A DNA stretch of 15,853 bases from Candidatus Woesearchaeota archaeon (GTDB lineage: Archaea; Nanobdellota; Nanobdellia; Pacearchaeales; GW2011-AR1), in assembly GCA_964651205.1 (NCBI GenBank), contig CAZYXM010000004.1:1-15853 (forward strand), read 5' to 3'. A program made the position numbers and the translations under genes. The notes beneath the pieces are model-generated. The model saw nothing but the letters and a program-made list of their open reading frames with translations, ran no database searches and was not told where the DNA came from. Positions 13,263 through 15,853 of this stretch are shown piece by piece; positions within the stretch are counted from its first letter, which is position 1; each line of letters starts with the position of its first letter.

Positions 13263-13529
13263 TTAAGAAGAACTCGCTTGTGTGTCTCTGTATGCCCAAG
13301 CATCTAAGCTGGGATAAAAACCCGAAATTTTTGGTAATGTTTCTTCCTGAAATTTCCTATAATGTATCTCTCCTTGTGTTTCTGTTCTAACCACGTCATT
13401 AAGATTTAATCTAAACAAGGTAGTTAAAGATTCAATGTTTTCAGCAATGAAGACTAGGTTGTTTGTACCATTATCATTTACCCTTATCCTCCCTAATGGT
13501 CTTCCTTGATAATTTATCCAATCACCCAT
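13263..13529 (-). CDS. Hypothetical protein (88 aa)
   Basis: ATG start with TTTATATA (reverse complement of 13551-13558) 25 nt upstream. No family recognised. Confidence 0.55.
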   Translation of the reverse strand: MGDWINYQGRPLGRIRVNDNGTNNLVFIAENIESLTTLFRLNLNDVVRTETQGEIHYRKFQEETLPKISGFYPSLDAWAYRDTQASSS

Positions 13530-13550
13530 AAAGAAAAAATGCAGAGCAGG

Positions 13551-13558
13551 TATATAAA
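13551..13558 (-). promoter_or_regulatory. TATA-like box for the 88-aa gene
   Basis: The reverse complement is TTTATATA, centred 25.5 nt upstream of the ATG at 13529. Confidence 0.45.
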
Positions 13559-13572
13559 TTTAACGATTACAA

Positions 13573-14142
13573 TCACAGTTTACTAAAACACCCCTCACAC
13601 ACCCAAGAACCTGCCGCCCCAAACAACACCCCATATTCCCCACACTCCTCACAGACCCCTGGCTTTCTCGCTTCTTTGATATTTTGCTTAGAAAGTTCTT
13701 CTGTTTCTTCCTTAATCTTCATTGTTTCTGCAATCATCTGAAACAAACCAGGGTCGATTTTCAGAATGTCTTTTAATGTTAGCATCCCAATAAGACGTTT
13801 TTGTTCAACGACAGGAAGACGACGAACTTTTTTCTTTCGCATTTTCCTCAAGGCCTCGTTTAGATCAGCAGAAGGTTTTATCACCACAATTTTCCTTTTC
13901 ATCAAGTCTTTCGCAAGAACTTCGTGAAGACCCAGATTTTTCTTTTTTACAATTGCCCAGATAATATCTTTTTCAGTTAAAATTCCCTTAAGTTTCTGAC
14001 CTTCGGTAACAAGAAGACTTCCGACTCTTTTTTTAATCATTGTCCTCGCGCAATCATAAATATTCAAACTAGCAGATACATGAATGAAGCTTCTAGTCAT
14101 GATGTCTCCTACCATCACGCCTGTTTTAACTTCTTTTGCCAT
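13573..14142 (-). CDS. CBS-domain pair protein with C-terminal CxxC...CxxC zinc ribbon
   Basis: The ORF track begins at a TTG (14259) and reads through a GC-rich island. I use the ATG at 14142 (MAKEVKTGVMVGDIMT), which has a TATA-like box 24-25 nt upstream. There are two CBS repeats (VGDIMT...GILTEKDII and AKDLM...GMLTLKDIL), then CEECGEYGVLFGAAGSWVCEGC. Confidence 0.8.
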   Translation of the reverse strand: MAKEVKTGVMVGDIMTRSFIHVSASLNIYDCARTMIKKRVGSLLVTEGQKLKGILTEKDIIWAIVKKKNLGLHEVLAKDLMKRKIVVIKPSADLNEALRKMRKKKVRRLPVVEQKRLIGMLTLKDILKIDPGLFQMIAETMKIKEETEELSKQNIKEARKPGVCEECGEYGVLFGAAGSWVCEGCFSKL

Positions 14143-14162
14143 CTTTTTATTAAGTGCCTGGA

Positions 14163-14170
14163 TTTTAAAT
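14163..14170 (-). promoter_or_regulatory. TATA-like box for the CBS-domain gene
   Basis: The reverse complement is ATTTAAAA, centred 24.5 nt upstream of the ATG at 14142. Confidence 0.5.
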
Positions 14171-14262
14171 ATATTTGTGTTTATTTTGGAGTGAATATAG
14201 TTTTGATGGGGGGCCTGCGGGGTTTGGAGGGGTTGGCGAGATAAACTCAACCACAACAATCC

Positions 14263-14271
14263 TTAAAAATT
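14263..14271 (+). promoter_or_regulatory. TATA-like box for the thermosome gene
   Basis: CCTTAAAAATT, centred about 24 nt upstream of the ATG at 14291. Confidence 0.55.
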
Positions 14272-14290
14272 AAAGCAAATTTCTCCTTAC

Positions 14291-15853
14291 ATGTCAGAGA
14301 AACCAACATATGTAATTCCTGAAGATGCACAGCGTTATCTTGGGAAGGACGCACAAAGAAATAATATTCTGGCCGCCCGTATTCTATCTGAAACTGTTAA
14401 GACAACACTTGGACCACGGGGCATGGATAAAATGTTAGTTGACTCTGCTGGAAATATCACAATTACAAATGACGGCGCAACAATTCTTTCTGAGATGGAT
14501 ATCCAACATCCAGCTGCTAAAATTTTAGTTGAAGTATCAAAAACTCAAGATGAAGAAGTCGGAGACGGAACAACAACAGTAGTAATGCTCGCAGGAAGAT
14601 TATTAGAAAATGCTGAAGATTTACTAGACAAAAAAATCCACCCGACATTAATTGTTAAAGGATATAAACTCGCACAAGAAAAAGCACAACAGTTTCTAAA
14701 ACAATTGTCAATTGAAATTTCCTCTGAAGATGAATTATTAAAAATAGCCCAGACAGCAATGACCGGAAAGGGTGCCGAATATGTTCGGGAAACATTAGAT
14801 GACATTATTGTCGAGGCTGTTAAAACAGTCGTCAATGATAAGGAAGTGGATTTAGAAGATGTGAAAATAGAAAAACAAAAAGGCAAGTCAATAGAAAATT
14901 CTGAATTAATAAAGGGGATTGTAATTGATAAAGAAAGAGTTTCATTGCAGATGCCTCAAAAAGTTCAACAAGCAAAAATTGCATTGATTGATTGTGCTTT
15001 AGAAATCAAAAGCCCAGAAAGAGAAACAAAAATTTCAATCTCAAGTCCAGAACAATTACAAAGTTTTCTTAATCAAGAAGAAGAAGTTTTACTTTCAATG
15101 GTACAAAAAATTTCTGAATCAGAGGCAAATGTTGTTGTGTGTCAAAGAGGAATAGATGATGTTGCCCAATTCTATTTAGCAAAAAAAGGGATTTATGCTA
15201 TTAGAAGAGTTGCACGTTCAGATTTACAGCAATTAGCAAAAGCAACAGGTGGAAATCTTGTCTCAAATTTGAAAGACTTGACAAAAGAAGATTTAGGGAA
15301 AGCAGAGGTCGTAGAAGAATTAAAACATGGTGAAGATGGGATGACCCATTTTACAGGTTGTGAAAATCCTAAAGCTGTGACTATTTTATTGCGTGGGGGG
15401 AGTGAGCATGTTTTAGATGAAATTGAGAGAGCAATCCGCGACGGGCTCGGAGATATAGCAACAGTTGTAAAAGATTCTCAGGTGGTAGCGGGGGGCGGGG
15501 CAATAGAAATTGAATTAGCAAGAAAAATCAGAGAGTTTGCACAGACATTAAAAGGAAGAGAACAATTAGCAGTAGAAGCATTTGCATCAGCTTTGGAGTT
15601 CATACCAACAACATTAGCAGAAAACGCAGGTCTTGACCCCTTGGAGATTTTAACTGAATTAAAAGTAACACATGAAGCTGGAAATAAAAATCATGGAATA
15701 AATCTCTTCTCAGGAAAAATCGAGGACACTTCAATGTCTGGGATTATCGAACCATTAAAAATAAAAACCCAAGCAATCTCCTCTGCAACAGAGGTTGCAA
15801 CAATGATTTTGCGTATAGATGACGTTATTGCCTCCAGTGGGGGAAACAGGAGG
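14291..15853 (+). CDS. ths: Thermosome (group II chaperonin) subunit, C-terminally truncated by the window edge
   Basis: My translation from the ATG at 14291 stays open to the window end and is not in the ORF track: [102 protein letters not shown]... with later [10 protein letters not shown]. These are canonical CCT/thermosome motifs. Confidence 0.95.
   Translation, partial: MSEKPTYVIPEDAQRYLGKDAQRNNILAARILSETVKTTLGPRGMDKMLVDSAGNITITNDGATILSEMDIQHPAAKILVEVSKTQDEEVGDGTTTVVMLAGRLLENAEDLLDKKIHPTLIVKGYKLAQEKAQQFLKQLSIEISSEDELLKIAQTAMTGKGAEYVRETLDDIIVEAVKTVVNDKEVDLEDVKIEKQKGKSIENSELIKGIVIDKERVSLQMPQKVQQAKIALIDCALEIKSPERETKISISSPEQLQSFLNQEEEVLLSMVQKISESEANVVVCQRGIDDVAQFYLAKKGIYAIRRVARSDLQQLAKATGGNLVSNLKDLTKEDLGKAEVVEELKHGEDGMTHFTGCENPKAVTILLRGGSEHVLDEIERAIRDGLGDIATVVKDSQVVAGGGAIEIELARKIREFAQTLKGREQLAVEAFASALEFIPTTLAENAGLDPLEILTELKVTHEAGNKNHGINLFSGKIEDTSMSGIIEPLKIKTQAISSATEVATMILRIDDVIASSGGNRR

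Noticed and set aside
14143-14259. N-terminal extension of the CBS protein (MLWLSLSRQPLQTPQAPHQ...)
   Set aside because: It begins at a TTG, reads through the promoter TATA and the GC-rich island, and has non-protein-like composition. The ATG at 14142 fits the promoter geometry.
14545-14886. 113-aa - strand ORF
   Set aside because: It is antisense to the thermosome gene. The S/T-rich product is the mirror of the E/D/K-rich chaperonin sequence.
1-15853. CRISPR arrays, transposases or integrases, rRNA genes, prophage remnants
   Set aside because: I saw no regularly spaced direct repeats, no recombinase or transposase motifs in any frame, and no rRNA-like conserved strings. The two tRNA genes have no duplicated 3' halves nearby that would mark an integration site.

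Overview
AT-rich, tightly packed archaeal chromosome fragment. The gene content (aIF2-gamma, Cbf5, TBP, ATP-dependent DNA ligase, thermosome), the small genes and the many orphan proteins suggest a DPANN-like or other uncultivated archaeon; that placement is inference. All calls were made by eye from the sequence and the ORF track, with no searches run. I call 24 genes. Housekeeping genes: aIF2-gamma (partial), an HD hydrolase, Cbf5, an Fcf1-like PIN protein, thioredoxin, DNA ligase, TBP, a CBS-domain protein and thermosome (partial). RNA genes: tRNA-Trp(CCA) without an intron, and tRNA-Tyr(GUA) with a 92-nt intron. The rest are orphan or accessory genes. Points worth a second look: (1) a roughly 340-nt GC-enriched structured non-coding region at 7262-7596, which I read as a candidate RNase P RNA hidden under spurious ORFs; (2) the long, structured tRNA-Tyr intron; (3) a divergent pair, a fused tandem Lrp/AsnC regulator and a B12-binding radical SAM enzyme, bracketed by an inverted GC-rich 12-mer; (4) an enlarged UPF0175-like/COG2405 PIN-like toxin-antitoxin-type pair; (5) a compositionally odd orphan ORF carrying a strong G-quadruplex motif next to tRNA-Tyr; (6) an uncharacterised four-gene envelope-type cluster; (7) a very regular TATA-to-ATG spacing of about 25 nt, implying leaderless transcripts, including one palindromic TATA equidistant from two divergent start codons. 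I found no CRISPR array, transposase, integrase or rRNA. I cannot show that any of these is a new system. The rSAM/Lrp cassette and the orphan cluster are the best candidates.
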